From NCBI RefSeq assembly GCF_963921235.1, contig NC_086108.1, positions 98,334,001 through 98,398,000 of the forward strand: a stretch of DNA of 64,000 nucleotides, written 5' to 3'. The DNA is from Mobula hypostoma. Its lineage: Eukaryota. Position numbers and translations under genes: made by a program. Below are positions 62,965 through 64,000 of the stretch, piece after piece; position 1 is the first letter of the stretch; the number at the start of each line of letters is the position of its first letter. The notes under the pieces were generated by a model. The model was not told where the DNA came from and made no database searches. It saw only the letters and a program-made list of their open reading frames with translations.

Positions 62965-63894
62965 AAACTCCTTACACGTGGTGATGGGAAATGAACCTTG
63001 CCACTTGTACTGTAAAGCATTGTGCTAACCACTACTCTACAGTGCTGCCCCCAAACTTCGTCTGTCCTACTTGACATCCTACCTAGATTAGAACCATTTG
63101 CCAATGTGGGAAATATGACATTCATTCCCCTCAGCCATATTGTTGATTTAGATTGCGAATAGCTGTTGTTTAAACACTGATGTACCCCACTATTACAGTT
63201 TATGAACCTTAGAAATCTCCAGTTTCTGTCCTATAACCAGTTCTCAGTTCATGTTATTACACAACTCCAGACATCAAGAGCTCTGACTTAACTGTCCAAA
63301 CTTTATCAGAAGTCTGCTGAAAATACAAGCACATCACATTTATTTATCCCCTTATTTATTGCATCAGATAAATCCTCAAAGAACTCCGAAGGATAAGTCA
63401 CTGGTTTTCATAATAAATTAATTATTTCCTTTATAAAATCCAAGTAGACTGTTCAATAAATAAATCAGCCATGACAGAAAAGCAGAGCAGTTTGATGGGC
63501 TGAATGGCCCAATTTGCTCCCATGGGCTAATTTGTTATGGTCAAATACTCTTCTTATAAAGTGTTCTGCAATTACAAACTTCTTTATACAATGCAATATC
63601 TTCACTATCACTGATGTTAGGATAACACCTCCTGTTTTCTCTTTTTCTCCTTTCTTAAAGAGTGTGGTCACACTTGATAACTTCAAATCAACTGGTACAA
63701 TTTCAGAATCTATGGCACATCGGAGGATGATAATTAGTGTGTTCCCCACCTCAAACGCCACCTTGTTCAAATCCCTGGGAAGTAGAAGATCAGATCCTGA
63801 GGGTTATCAGCCTTTAGTCCCTCCAGTTTCTCTAATACTTATTTTTACTGACACAAAGTTCAAAGTTCATTTATTATCAATTTATGTATACTAT

Positions 63895-64000
63895 AAGACC
63901 ATAGGATCATAAGATATAGGAGCAGAAGTAGGCCATTTGGCTCGAGTCTGCTCCGCCATTCAATCATGGGCTGATCCAATTCTTCCAGTCATCCCCACTC
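63895..64000 (-). mobile_element. CR1 3' terminus running off the right edge
   Basis: Homologous to 50560-50665. Confidence 0.75.

Noticed and set aside
48631..64000. First coding exon of LRRC8C (…KPWWDVF…)
   Set aside because: Not found by eye in the non-repeat gaps; probably outside the window, and a tblastn search would settle it

Overview
Vertebrate genomic DNA, most likely from a cartilaginous fish (inferred from HE1-like V-SINEs and the CR1/Penelope/Rex-Babar/Tc1 repeat mix). There is one recognisable host gene: the large last coding exon of LRRC8C (volume-regulated anion channel subunit) on the minus strand, 48609-46324. Its short first coding exon was not found and probably lies beyond the right edge. 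A textbook minus-strand poly(A) site near 32945-32980 suggests a ~13 kb, repeat-filled 3' UTR. Most of the rest is nested transposable elements: a near full-length CR1 (esterase ORF1 plus APE/RT ORF2), many truncated CR1s, Penelope-like elements (PLEs), Rex1/Babar fragments, two Tc1 transposons, MITEs, SINEs and a decayed Gypsy. Three signals stand out. (1) A minimal type I hammerhead ribozyme motif lies in the PLE 3' region, intact at 27774-27809 and 61632-61667, and is spread as many short, often hairpin-shaped non-autonomous derivatives, one of them just past the LRRC8C stop codon. (2) A hierarchical 24/72/135-bp minisatellite at 13020-13895 carries a CTCF-like core motif in every unit. (3) Several insertions have readable target-site duplications (TSDs). 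All calls were made by eye; no database search or folding was run, and boundaries of old repeats are approximate.
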